A stretch of 64,000 bases of DNA from Mytilus edulis (Eukaryota): the NCBI RefSeq assembly GCF_963676685.1, contig NC_092350.1:60512001-60576000 (forward strand). Direction: 5' to 3'. A program made the translations under genes and the position numbers. This document shows, piece by piece, positions 9,541-24,200 of the stretch (positions are counted from its first letter, which is position 1; the number at the start of each line of letters is the position of its first letter). Under the pieces are notes generated by a model that did not search any database, was not told the origin of the DNA, and saw only the letters and a list, made by a program, of their open reading frames with translations.

Positions 9541-12500
9541 ACAACAATAAGTGGTGGTTTTTTATTGGGGGGGGGGGGGGTATTGAAAACAGGTTGCTAT
9601 TTAACAGAAAGCTTCATTGGTTTTCGCATTACCTTGAAGCACTCGACCGAACTGAACGCTTTCCCCACAAAACATTTCAATAATCTTGATAGTAATCATC
9701 TTGCCTTTAACATCAATTTGAATAATGATAAAGGACTGAAATACTTGAATAAATACTGGACATTTTTTTGCATGTAAAACTTCATCTGAAGGTTTACCAA
9801 AATTTAGAGATCATTTTACAAATATCAGAAAACAGATAAATGTGTTCAACTCCATACATTGAACATTTCAACAAAAGCTTGTTTTTTTGAAAACTGGTTA
9901 AGAAGTAGACTTGTTTAAATTGTGAAGGACAATTATCTTTTTTTATTTAAAAAAAAATGAATTGCGAAGTTTAATTTATTAACATCCTCCTTACCACCGA
10001 AGGAAAGGCAGCAAGTCCTGATTAAAGAAAACTCTATACAGAGTAATATCAGTATGTGTTAGGATGAATTGAGATGGGAAAATACACTAATACAAACAAA
10101 ATATATTCATCCAGTTAACTGATAAAGGTTATGACCAAGAAACTGAATCAATCATCTTCAGAGATCACTAGCAAAAACACGCTTATTGTCTTTTTCATAC
10201 CATTGGTTTGGAAAGGGATTATATGCCAAAAAATTAGAGAAATGATTTTATTCCCACTATGCAGTTACTATTTGAATGGAAAATTTAACAATTATATTAT
10301 ATTTATATTAGTAAATCATTTAAATGCATATACCAAAGTAATGAACAAAAAGGATTGACTCTAGGGCGTTTTGTTGGTTTTGCCATTTATGAAACGTCTC
10401 ATCTCTGCGAGAGACAGAATGTATGAAATAGCTGTTGGGGTGTAATGTGCTGTATTGAACATGCATATGTATTGCATTTTGATTTCAGCGCAATTAATTG
10501 ACATGGTCTGTTGCTGACGACCGTATGCAAAGCTAAAATTGTCCTTAGGCTGTTGTCTGGCTTAAGTTATTCCTAAAATCCTTGGAGGAATTCGAACCAT
10601 ACTATCATCAATTCACTACGAATGAAAGTAACTCTCAATATTGGTCAGTATTGTTTATATTTTAGCCAAACCTTTAAATAAAACAATTCAAAGTTAATGC
10701 AGTGGTAATGTTGCATAAATTTATTAGCTGAACGACATCCAGTACTATTACATCAATATAAATGTAAAATAATAAAGCTTTAACATTTAAATTTTGTATG
10801 AAGAAAAAAGTATGAAAGCGCCACACTTGCATCACTGTGTCCTTTTGGAATTGTTCGTTTGATATTTAAAAATGAGAATATTTCAACAAAACGATGTTTT
10901 GCCACAAGAGATGCATACACATTTACATATGTCACAGATTTCTAATGTATTGGGTAAATTTAAATACCAAATTTATGCCTGGTATCAAAAGTTCAACATT
11001 GCGATACACATTTCAAATTAAAACTTTTAATCATACTTTACTCATCATCCTCATTGTACAAACATAAAAAAAAAACATATTTAACAATTCAAACACTTTA
11101 CATATACAAACTTATCAATACATAGTTCATATTTTTGACATAACCAACAAATGTTCTACTATTCTTGAAAATCTGACGTAAGTTTTTTTTTCTCTTTCAA
11201 GTAACGTTAATTAAATTGCCAAATACAAATGTATGAGATTTGGTAATATCTTTGGGCATCAAATATGTAGACGTTTTTATACTGAAGTAATGCAAGATGC
11301 AAACATATTGCAATAACTCATTTAATCTAATTATATTTTTTAGACTAATTCGCCCTTTTTAATTCTAAAGAAGTATGAACAAACTCATTGTTCGTTTACC
11401 AAAAATGAATATACCGTTGCGTCATTGGATGAAGATCCATGATTCAGTACTTATTAATACCATAAACACATTTTGGTGAATGCATTTGAAAATATTTCAT
11501 AGAATGTTTTATTTTGAAACGGTCAAGTTGTTGCTATCTGCTATTCAGAATGAATAAGCTTACAAAATGTTTGCATGTAAATAAAGGCGTTTATGAACAC
11601 TACTATTCTAACTGGATCTTATTAGAATTGCATGTCATGGTTGTGAGACATCAAAGTAATTGATTGCATGTCAACATCAACGCCATAGTTTTTGACACAC
11701 TTTGGTCGCGTTCACAATGTGTATAGTATAAATAGAAAATTCAAAGAGTTCCCTTTGGAACTGTTTACTAAGTTATAGACTGAAAAAGTTTCGACAGAAG
11801 TGGTTCGATTTAAAAATTGATTTAGAATAGAACAACCTAGGAAATTCTTAAAAAGTATACATTTAGTCAGAAAATATATTTGTGTTCACTTGTTGTATTT
11901 CTTTTTTTTTTTAGTTTGGCAAAATCAAATATAAATGATTTAAAAAACAACAACATTTATTAACAGGCATTACTTAATCAGTTAAGCTGAACATATCACA
12001 CTGCTATCCATTACTTGAAAATGCATGTACAATTTTCTACAAGAAATTCAGACACTATTGCACAAATTAAATGGCAGACAATAAATATAAATATGTGAGA
12101 ACAACAACATTAAAACAAATATTTAAATTACACAGATAAACATGTGTACAAACTACAGTAATGTCTATATAAAAGCAACGCAGACAACTGTTTGTAAAAC
12201 TAATACATGAGTACATAATTAAAAAAAAACTAACTTTTCTAATGAAAAAAAAATATAACATGTAGAAAGGAGAAGGCATTACAACGATGCTGCATTTTAT
12301 GATCTTCCATTTGATATTCAAAATGTGCAGCCTATCTATAAATGAGTTTTTTGCACACGTTTTCAGATACAAAGATGTCAACAATATTTAATGATATGTT
12401 GTTTTTGATCATGTATAATTTAAGCGAAAACAATTATCTATGTAACATGTGTTTTGACAATATACCACCACATGATCATGGTCATCATATTTTAAATTAC

Positions 12501-13059
12501 ATTTCTGCATTTTTCAATAGAAGGTTAGAATGATGGCTGTTATCATACCTATCTATATAAATGGACTCTAAATTTTAGACTAGTCTAAACATTTCACTAT
12601 TTGAATAATACTAATCACATTGTACTCACATGATAAAATTCAGATGAATTACAACAGGCTTACACACACAAAATAATAAACGGATTTGCAATATAACGTA
12701 TTCTAAGGAACATGCGGATGTCAAATACATTGGATTATAATGTTGTATTTGAATGAGATGCATTCTGTTATTCTGATATAATCAAAATTGAAACTAGGTC
12801 AATCTTGTTTACCAAAAAAATATACGTTATTTTAAAAAACCTAAATTCTCTGATAAGGATGTCCGCTACAGTTGTTTTTGATTTTTGTTTAGATATTCTG
12901 AATCCTCTGGTTTAGTCGATATCGTTACAATAAGGTTAATTGCTTTTCAAATTATAAATACGTATTGATAAAAAAGCTAAAAGTTAAAAATCTAATACAT
13001 TCATTTTTATTTTCTCATTGAACTTGTCATAGGAGACATAAGCTATTTGTCATTTATAA

Positions 13060-13390
13060 ATATAAATAAGGAGATGTTGTATGAGTGCCAATAAGACAAC
13101 TCTCCAAGTCACAATGTATAAAAAGTTACCAATTAAAGGTCAAAGTACTGCTTTCAACACGGTGCCAAACAGCAAGGTCCCACAAAGAATCCAAACAGAA
13201 AAACTAAAGATCTAATATACGTATACTAGAAAGAAAAAGGAGAAACATATATTGACAACGCAAACAAACGCAACCACTGAACAACAGGCTTGTGACTTGG
13301 GACAGGTGTATAAACATGCAGTGTGCTGACCCGTTTTTTAGTGTCAAACTTCAGCCTCAACTGCGACAGCAGTGAAACATCTCAATTGGA
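13060..13390 (+). repeat. Dispersed SINE-like repeat family A, diverged
   Basis: GTATGAGTGCCAATAAGACAACTCTCC...AGGTCAAAGTAC..TTCAACACGG, similar to the 19878 copy. Confidence 0.6.
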
Positions 13391-15244
13391 ATGGCTTAAT
13401 GGTAATGAATCAAAAAGATTTAAACAGAAACAAGTTTACAATACAACAATATCTTATAAAGCCATTTTTTTGTTTTTACTTTCCCGACTGTGTACAATGA
13501 AATATTTCAAATGCATCATAAATGAGGGACAAGCCACGAAGTATGTTTTCATAGATAGATTTTTTTTCTTCATGAAAACAATGCATTCAAAGGTGAAAAA
13601 GGTATGCAAGACTTTTGATAGAAGATACAGAAGAGACTTGCGATATTAGAATAAAACTTCCAACCATTACAAGCAAATCAATAAGACCCTTTTAAAAGAA
13701 ATGAAATGTCCTGAGCTCTATTAGGTTGCACTTTGTTAATATAGATATTTAACAAACCAATCCCGTTTTGGGGAGATATATAATGTTCATAGATATATTG
13801 ATGTGTTCACCAACTAGTTCCTAGTATATGATCTCTATAGTTCATCATGTCATTGAGAGAAAAAAAAATTACCATGGAGAAGGTAGAGTACTACAAAATA
13901 CGTTCATACGGGAAATAAAATTGTCTTTATTTACGGAACTGCAACCTATAAGCCTTCGAAGATATACCACTTGAGGAAAATTAAACGGATGACAACAATC
14001 AAAACAATGTCTGATTGCATTTGTGACACATCATATATTGATGATGGCTACCAAAATTATGAGGGAGTTTATAAAACTTTAAAACGGTTGACCTCAACTG
14101 TGATCATTTGGTTCAATAGCTTCTTTGTAAGCTACACTTTTTTTTATCAAAAGATAAATCAATTCCATATGAATGTGTGTTCCTCCACATAAACTGAACT
14201 TTCACAATGGAAAAAAATTGTGAATGATACTATCTTAAAAAAAAAATAATACTATGTAGTCATACTATATATTAATTTACAAATACTAAGACAAAAAATA
14301 AAAAAAATAAGTAACAAAGAAACCCGCACGAATAAAAAAACAATTGGAAAAAAAAGGTGATCACCACTATGCTAAATATAAAATTTTATCAACATGAACA
14401 AATATTCAAAGACAAACAGTCTGTTAACAAACATAATCTAAGCATTCTATTGCATCATTTTCTATCCAGATTACTATAATTCTATTTTTGTTTTGTTTAA
14501 AGAATAATATTGACAGTAATATAGCAATTTCATGTGTACCAAATGAATACTGCGATTATCAACGTCTTTTCAGTTGTGTCAGAGTCCACACTATTTGAAA
14601 ATCAAAAACGTCAATAATTTGTTATCTTTAAATAAGTTTGTTTTTTAATAATCCATGTGGCTAATACCAAATCCTTTTGACTATTTATGCACACATGTGT
14701 AACAGGACTTGTTTACCATTCCGTAGCACCTTATATCTCCACTTCGACATATTTTTTTTTTACAATTACAAATTTCCCCCTACGTCATTCCAAAAACTAA
14801 AGTGTGTATTGTGAATAGTTTTTAATTTGGTATCTTTTTACAAGAAACGAAAATAAAAGAATAATTGGCCTTGTATAATTTCTTTACATTGTACCAACAC
14901 TCTCCGATTACTCACACAAACGACAACACAAAAAAAAACCGTCGTTATAGCAGGTGCTACGGACTTGAAACCTGGTCCTACAACACATTTAACAATTGTT
15001 GTATAAACAGACATATTCGATATGGTATTCGACGTATGATTTATCAAAAACAAACTTATTTAACGATAATTGTTTACAAATACGCATGCATATAAATGTA
15101 ATGCATCATATGAACTACCACAAGAATAGCCGTTTTAGAATTAAAGAAATTTATATAAAACCAATTAACATATACCAACTTTTATAAGCACAGAAATGAA
15201 ATAAAGATATGGTAAAGAATCATATCATTGTTGTTGAAACCATT

Positions 15245-18200
15245 TCAAATAAGAAATGATGAACAGTCAGCATCTTCATGAAACGAATGAGTCGTTTCTT
15301 CGTTATTGTCAGATTTGCGCATCAAGGAACATTCCTTTGTCACCTTATTATATATTCCAGCAGAACAACCCATTTGTCGTATGCATTGGTTTGTACACTC
15401 AAAGTTACTCCTCGCAAGCATCTTTTGTAGGAATATACCATTGTAAACTTTACCAGGAAATCCGTATGCTTTAGTTTTATGTGGATTAGATTCTTCTGAA
15501 ATAAAAATTGTCCTGTTTTTTTGTATGTTCTGTATAATATAAGAAACAACTAATAGTTATCAAAGGTACAATGATTATAATTTATTACGCCAGACGCACG
15601 TTTCGTCTACAAAAGACTCATTAGTGACGCTCAGATCTAAATAGTTATAAAGCCAAACAAGTACACAAAATCTACATGGATTTCTGTCATTGTCATACTT
15701 TAAGTTATATCAAATTCAATATGCATTTAAAATCCTAGTCCGGCCGATCGGTGAAAAAATTGCTCAAATAATGAGGAAAGCACCAAATTTTGCATGATGG
15801 TACATTTTTGTGTACTGAGCAATATTAGCTATGGACCCACCCTAAACATTCAATATGGCGGCTTATTTCAAGATGGCTGCCATACATTTTAAAATATTTT
15901 TCAGTATTGCACAAACCACAGTGGATTTGATGCTGGAAGCACAAAAATCAACAAATTTGAATGTATTGGTGTATTTAGCGAAATTTTGTTTTGATCTATC
16001 TTTGAAATTCAAAATGGCGGCTATTTTCAAAATGACCGCCTTGAAAAATAAGCAAATATTCATTATTGACATGAATTTAAGCATTTTATTGATGTATAGT
16101 GTCATTAAGTCTCTGTCCCAGTTCTGCCCTTTTTGATTTTGCCTCGCTTGTTATTTCATACACAAAGTAGTAGCTTTCATAAAAAGCTGCAATAGTAACT
16201 TTCATTAAAAGCTGCACTATTTGTTGTCTTGAGTAACACATAAAAGCTGTGATTTGGGATTAATCTGCCCCAAAAAATATTCATTGCCTATTTTTTTCTT
16301 AGGTCGCAATAATTTGCAATTTGAGATATTAAACTGTGAATTGAGAATCATTTAAACACATATCAGTGAAATGGCAGGAGTTGAGGGCACCAAGGACAAG
16401 AACATTGAAATGGCAGAAACTAAATCACTTTGGGATATTGACAAACCCACAACTGAAGACGCTTTAACAGAGGACAACTAAGAAGTGACTATTAGGAAAT
16501 ATAATGTTCAAAGAACAGCTGAGACTTACCGCAATATAAAACAGAGCGAAGCGCCAATTGATAAAACATGTGTTGGTCTCCTTACGATGCAAGCTGAACA
16601 GAAAGAGGCAATGAATATTAATAACGAACAGTTGGGAGCAATATCTCAGCAACATCAGCAGTCTGTAGACAGGATAGACCACAAGGGTAGAGGTAATTGC
16701 TTTGCGGAATTGATGGTCAGACCAATAAAATATTCAATGTTGTGGTGAGACGGATGGACAAGCTGACAACAACTGAGCACGGAGACACAGTTCAATTTAA
16801 AAGTGCATTTAAACAGCAGGGTACCCTCCAACAACTGGCATCTGTTGTAAGTGAATTACTGGACAATCGAAATAGAGAAGCTAAAATTCTTGCAATGGAC
16901 ATATCATCTAAGCCAAAATTTGACCTTAGCCAGTACAACGCAAGTTTACCAAAAGTACACAACAAAATCCCTGCCTTAGGTCTTTCCCCAATTATAGTTC
17001 GTATGAATCATCAACCGCGCCAACTCTGTTGAAGGTGTCTTCACCTAAAGTCGAAAGTCCTATGTCAGGGCCCTTGGTCCTGCATAAGACAGTTCAAATT
17101 ATTCAACAGCAACCTCTATTTAAGAACATACAAGAAACCTCTAGTACTTATCAAGGATACCAGCAAAAGGCTTATGTGTCTTTTTACACACACTTACCAC
17201 CTACTATGAATCAATGATATTTGTTTCAGAGCAGCACACCATTACAGAAACAGATGGCTACAAGAGGATCCTATCAAGTTTCTCCAATGATGATTGCAGT
17301 GCCTACTTACGGTATCATCCCCGTCGAGTCAATGGCAAATCCTCCTCCCAAATTTATCACTCCACTTATGACAACCTCGTCAGCTCCTGGAGCTCTAATA
17401 GACTGCCCATAACAGCAAGCTGACTCCTCTGACCGATCCAGGAATGGACAGATGAAACCAAAAGAGTGTGGCAACAGCTCGTCTTCAGACTCCTCATTCG
17501 AGTGAGAATATACTCGATGGCAAGAAATCGTGGTGCAAGAGACCGGAACCGAAGACTACAGCTCCCAAAAATGCAAATACTCAATTGAAGAGGATCCTTG
17601 AATTGGAAGGCGTTTATTTACCAATTTGAACGAACTGCCGGTAGATGACAATGGAAAAACAGGAACAATATGTGTAGGCTCCCAGATTGTCAGGCCGATG
17701 TTGGCTTTGAGTACGCTCGCAAGGTAAACACAGATGATGATTCCAAGGCCTAAAGAAAAGTATTGGAGCAGTGCTTCAACAAGGAAGACGATCAAACCAG
17801 ATTGGAACAGAAGCATTTCTTCGAAGATGTAATTTAAAAGACAAAGATTCTGCAAGGCATGTAATTAATAGAGAGGAACCTAGAAATATTCAACAAGGCG
17901 TTAAAACAATTGAAAACCTCAAAAGCCAACCAGATGGCGATATATGGATCAAAAAGTGCCAATTATGGCCATCGGCAAGTCTACTTTACTGATGGCGCAG
18001 TATCACCTACAGATAAAGGAAATATGAGCAGTCCTTTGGAAAATGAGGTGCATTAACTCACACAAATTGTCAAAAAACAAGCTGATGTTATGCTTTCAAC
18101 TAATCAGCATAACCGTGGATTGGCCGATCAATATAACCTTGTTCCTTCTGATCAAATAATCATGGAAGATCACCTGATCAATATACACGTGGTAAATCTC

Positions 18201-21200
18201 CTGAGCAATACAATCGCGGTAGATCGACAGATAGAAATACACCCAAGTTTATTGCACGTCCACCAGCAACACCCCCACTAAGACAGAGATAATAAAGTCC
18301 TTAAGGACAACGGATAGCATCTCCACGGACAAACTCCAGAAATCCCGGTTATTTCAGACAACGGTCAACATCACCAGGATACAGATTAGATCAAAGCGCA
18401 ACCCCTCCTATATTGTCATCAGACGAACCATTTGAAAGAGTTTAACAGAAAGAGGTACTATACATGACCAGAAATTGAGCATGATTGTGGACACTGCTGC
18501 AATGATAACATAAGTAAATGAGAAATAATTCCGGCAGATAATGGAGATTTGGAGACCGTTATGCTACATGGTTTGGGTGAACAGCTTGTTATTGAGAAGA
18601 TTATACAGAACGACTCTCGACATTGATAGAGTAAACATATAATTGTGTGTTAAGAGCCATTAACAGAAGATGTTATGCTAGATATTTTGGACACACTGAG
18701 CGCAGTGATAAATCTGAGTACTCCCACACTCACCATCAACACTAAAGTGATAAATGCGGCATTTGTTAACAGTGGAAACGAGATTCAAACTCAGCAAATT
18801 TGCATAAAACGAACCATCACTCAGAAATGACTGTTACCGTTTAAACTAATAAAAGTGCTAACCAGGAGTGCATTTTAGGACCATGCTCGCTGACTAGTAG
18901 CGAATTGGTTTCGCACGTAGTTGGAAAAGGAAATAGTTGCCCCTTAATTATTTTAAATGATGGCAATCGTCTAATGCGCCTGAAGAAAGGTACGCCTATT
19001 GATTCAATAGAATAGTTTGACGATGTAGTGGGTACGGCAGATGAAAACGCGATAAGTGACGTAAGACGTGGCATTGAAGAGACACGAGACAAGGTGCTCT
19101 CGGCACTGCCTTAAAGTTCAGATAAGTTACCTAATATTCTACCGCATTTAACCGACCTATATTAACGTTTAATCGACTCGCTTCAACATATTTCATTACA
19201 ACCATTAAAACTGAAAGCGTTTATAGAACAATTACAATAACATGTAACATATTGATTAGTATTTTGAGTTTCACTATTTGTTTTTGTTTGTAGTCATATT
19301 TGCAAATGTATGCGTTATAGAAATAACCAAATTATTTTTTTTATATTTTAAAATTAATTGATAACAAATTCAAAAACATGAAGATCATTTTAAAAGAATC
19401 ATTACTTTGATTTCCGATATAATATAGAATACCTTGCGGATATTCTTGCTATTTTTAACGTTTTTCCGCCATCTTGAATATGGCAGCCATATTGGATTTT
19501 TCAGAGTGGGTCCATAGCTGACATCAAAGGGAATATGACCAAGAACTACTGTGCAAAGTTTCATGCTTTCCTCATCAAGTGAGCAATTCTGCCCTATATC
19601 TGCACCAATCGGCCGGTCTATATTTAGAACTACCTTATTAACACCTACAAATGCTTATGTTCAGCATTCAAGACTATTGTACATAGTCTTGTGAGATGTA
19701 CTTACACAAATTTTTCTGTTGGTAGTTTCTACCTTGAAGTATCCAGTTATTGTTTATACAAAATGTACATGTGTGTTTGCAGGGTTATGAATCTGAGATT
19801 AATTGTTTGCCATACCAATACTGATGTTCTAATGGATACATCTTGCAATCTGAAATTGACGGTACCGTTAAAACTTATCATAGATATAGGAAGACGTGGT
19901 ATGAGTGCAAATGAGGCAACTCTCCATCCAAGTAACATGTTTTAAAAGTAAAACATTACAGGTCAAGGTACGGCCTTCAACACGGAACCTTGGCTCACAC
20001 CGAACAGCAAGCTATAAAGGTCCTAAAAATAATAGTGTAAAACCATTCAAACGGGGAAACCAACGGTCTAGTCTATATTAAAACAAGAAACGAGAAACAT
20101 GTATGAACTACATAAATAGACGACAACTATTGTACATCAGATTCCTGCAAGTTTTATCCGTTGAAAAAAGTGTGCCGCTCATCATGGTATATATGGTTAT
20201 CATATTTTACCGGCGAAACCCTTACACGTTGCATTATATTTATCTTCGTGAGTTCATAAAAGTCACACTGCTAGTTTGGTTATTTCAGCATTTTAAAGTA
20301 TACAACGGGCACATAATATGATTGGTCAAACATCTCGTACCGAAAATTAAGTTGTGTTTTAGAAGGTGCAAAACATCGCTTAGCTACAAAAACAGAGAGC
20401 TCCTCTCTAAACTGTATAGGTCATTTCTTAAGGAATATAATATTATATCATTTGCGTGTGTTTACTTTCTTTTTCGTTTTTTTTTTAGAGTGTCCGAGCA
20501 ATTGAATATACGGATCTGTGATATCAAGTTTGAAAGAGGCGTGGTATCTATATTTAGTCCATAAAGTAAGAATGATATTTATCGTAATGGCAATTCTATA
20601 GATATAGCCTGTATGGATTCAGGCATGTGTCCAGTAAAAAATCTAAAGTTATATTTGTAGTGAGTTGATATTTCGTCGGGTTTAGCAGAAAATTTTTTTA
20701 CACAAATTCAACAAAATTCAAGGATCGATATGTACTTCAAAGGGATAATAAATTGCTGTCTTATACACGTATGCGACAATTATTCATTGGAAATTTTCAA
20801 CCGTTTGTGTCAATATTAAGAATTATAGACTACACAGTTTACATTCTGATGGAGCTGCTAATTTAGGCATTTCCAATCGATTGTTCAAAAGACATGGTAG
20901 AATGGTTTCAGAGACCTCAAAGGATTGTTATAATTAAGAGAAGTTGTTTCCGCAAATTTAGGTTTATGACATTATTTATATTGACTCTTAATTTTCAGAG
21001 TAGATTAAGTTCTATGAGCAAGATAAAAATTTTATTGCCCGTTCTATGTAGTTCAGCACATGGCACTGTCGTATGGGTATTCAATTTTAACTTTAGATAG
21101 ATTGTTATAAGTGTTATGAGGCTGTTGTTAAACGTTATGTGTATAGAAATGGGTAGTCTATGAGCGTAAGTATTTTTTTGAAGAAATGTTATTTCAACCG

Positions 21201-24200
21201 TTTGAAAGAATTGAATTTGATTGGAATTAATTTCTTCGAATTATAGTCATTTCGTACCCTAACCATTTCGTACCCTGGCAAAAACCATTTCGTACCCTGA
21301 CCATTTCGTACCTTGACCATTACGTACCTCATGGAATATTTACATGTACGTCATTTCGTACCTCATGGCAGATTTATATCTGTTTCATTGATGTGCAATT
21401 TCGTACCTCATGTAGGAATTGGATTCAAAGAATTATATGTATTCCATTTTGTACCTCATGAATGTCGGTTATACAAATAACATTACAACATAACCTCTGT
21501 AGAGCATTTATCCGACATACATATATGACAAGCACAATACAAAACAATAAAACATAAAGCAGAGACTTTTTTGTTTGTTAATTAACCTCTTTCTTTTAGA
21601 GTTTAACAATTAATTAAGATCAAATCTGCAAACAAACAAAGTGTAATCATAACTATTGAAGTTTGCAAGTGCTGTTTAATCAAACCATGCATCGGTCCTT
21701 ATAATATTGTTAGGTGCATAATTTTATTTAATACGTTATATTTAAAAAAAAACAAAAAAAAACATGAAAAACTTTAATATGATACGAAATAGTTAATTAC
21801 GTCCATGAGGTACGAAATTGTAGATACATTTGGCCCATAGGGTACGAAAATAATGTTATCGTGAGTAAGAAATGGTAAATGTTCGATACGAAATGGCAAA
21901 TTTGTGTACGAAATGGCAGAGGTACGAAATGGTCAAGGTATGAAATGACTTGCATCCATTATTGCTAGTTGTCTGCCTATAGATCGTTATTTGTATTCAC
22001 GTCCTTCATGGGATGTAACCATTCAATTCGACAAAACCGACACTATAAGAGTTATAAAAGTTATTTTATAATGTCTTGCTTATGGGTATTTATTTGATGT
22101 TCTATTTAATGTTTTGATTTCAGAAGTATTTATAAATTACTGACCTTGTTTGTCGACAAGATATTATGTATCATAAAGTGCAACCGAAATCAGCAACTAA
22201 ACGTCATCTAAAAACGACTGAATATAACAAATAACGTCGAATCTGAATCAGAGCTATGCATGTTGGAGACAAAATCCTTAATTTGAAATAAAATATACCT
22301 GTCATTTTTGTTATAAGTTCGCCATAAACTTCTACTTCACAGAGACAGAGTGGAAACGCGTTGCTTCGTCTTTTTATCCTGATGAATCTGCCTTTCACAT
22401 CCGGAGGGCATGTTGCATTCACGAACGATGAACATGACTGCTGATAATGACAAAGAGATGTCCTTCCTTTTTGGAATGTTGCCCATTTATCACCAAACAG
22501 TTTTGAGTGCTCTATAACATCAATGTCATAGTTCTGTAACCAATTGGCTAAATGACAAACAATGATGTTAATTAGAAAACAAAAACAAAATACTCAAATA
22601 TAACACCCCTTTCTTTCGTTATTTTGATTCCTATAATTATTTAGTCCTGTTTTTAAGTTTTAGGTTGCTGTCTCTGCATTATGAGCCTAAATCATTATTT
22701 TATTTTTATTTTAATTTAAATTGTCAATATTAAAGTTTCCATCTAATCTTAAAACAACGAATGGGCGTATCGCGAACATTTTTATTTCTAACAGTCGAAG
22801 CTTCCGGTTTCAACCTCAGTTTTATGTGAGATTGGGGTTATTCAGTACCTTTATTGTGTTCTACATGGTCTATGTGGTGTTGCGATTTGTATACTGTTAG
22901 GGTTTTTTTGTTCGTTTTATTTCCGTTTATGCTATGACGTTGTCAGTTTGTCGTCGACTAGGCAGTTGGAATATTCCAATGGTTGTTTCCCCCACCTAGT
23001 GTCAACACAGCACAAATGTGAAACCATATCTTAAAGAGCTACTGAAGTACAATAACAAGTAAAATAATTTAAAATAAGAAAGCAAAAAATACCGAACTCC
23101 ATTCCATTATTCTTAACAGAAATGACAAAATAAAAAGCTAAAGAACATCGAACGAATTGTGAACAACTGCCATATTCCTGACGTGGAAACGAAAATCCGT
23201 TGTAGCATGTTCCTTCATATGTATTTGTCAGACAATTCCATATCGTGCATTTAAACGTTAATATAATAGAAATATTTACCATCTAATGTATTATCTTTAA
23301 CATTGTTGGTCCTTATTCATCCTGAGCTTTGAAATATTCGGCGTTGAGCGTCCTAATAAAGGCAAATTGAGAATAGCGCTTCGGACGCATTAAATGTATA
23401 ACGTGTTGTTTTCTTTTTTCATAACAGATTGAATGCATAGGGGAAAACAAAGGATGAAGATTAGGTTTTAGAGTTTAATGAATAATGAAGATATTGATGA
23501 GATCCATATTTTCGGTTTGAGTATCGCGTACATTTTAATAATTTTATCGATTACAATGCAACTGTCGTACAAGTGATAGGTTTAGTAAGCTATATCACCA
23601 GGTTTAATCCACTATTTTCTACATAAGGAAACGCCTGTATGGAGTCAGGAATATGACAGTTAGATTTGTTTGAGCTTTTGATTTTGTCTTTTTGTAAAGG
23701 ATTGTCTGTTTTGAGTTTTCCTTGGTCTTTTTGTTATTTTACATTTTAATCTACAGGTTTATACTTACAACAACATGTTGTTTGTCTTCCATATATAACA
23801 ACATTTGTGACTTTGTAATGTCCTCCAAGGTCAACTGCCCACCAGTTTAACCCACTGGTTGATAAGTCGTTAGAATGTGTACATGCATACACATCTGAGG
23901 GATTTTCTATAGAGATTCCATCGACAGCTAGTTCAGATGTATATGACCCATAAGTTGATAATTGCTTAGTTGGTTTTCCTAATGCAATGTTATTTCCTAA
24001 AACATATAAGGCTTATACAGATCTATGTATACACACATATTTGACATATTGTAATAAATTGAGATTTTAAAAAAAACAAAATCATCAAAAGTCCTAGAAA
24101 GCATGACCTTGTACAAGACCGCAATTTAACTTTGTTTTTTTTTTGTTGTTGTTGTAATCAGTGAAAATAAAGAGATGTCCAATTCACAAAAATCGGATAG

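Noticed and set aside
9600-15100. Scattered 60-110 aa ORFs in the AT-rich intergenic region
   Set aside because: Low-complexity composition, no motifs and no consistent exon chain found.
21247-21460. CRISPR-like array of short repeats
   Set aside because: 12-bp repeats with irregular short spacing, mirrored in inverted orientation, in a eukaryotic intron: a foldback transposon.
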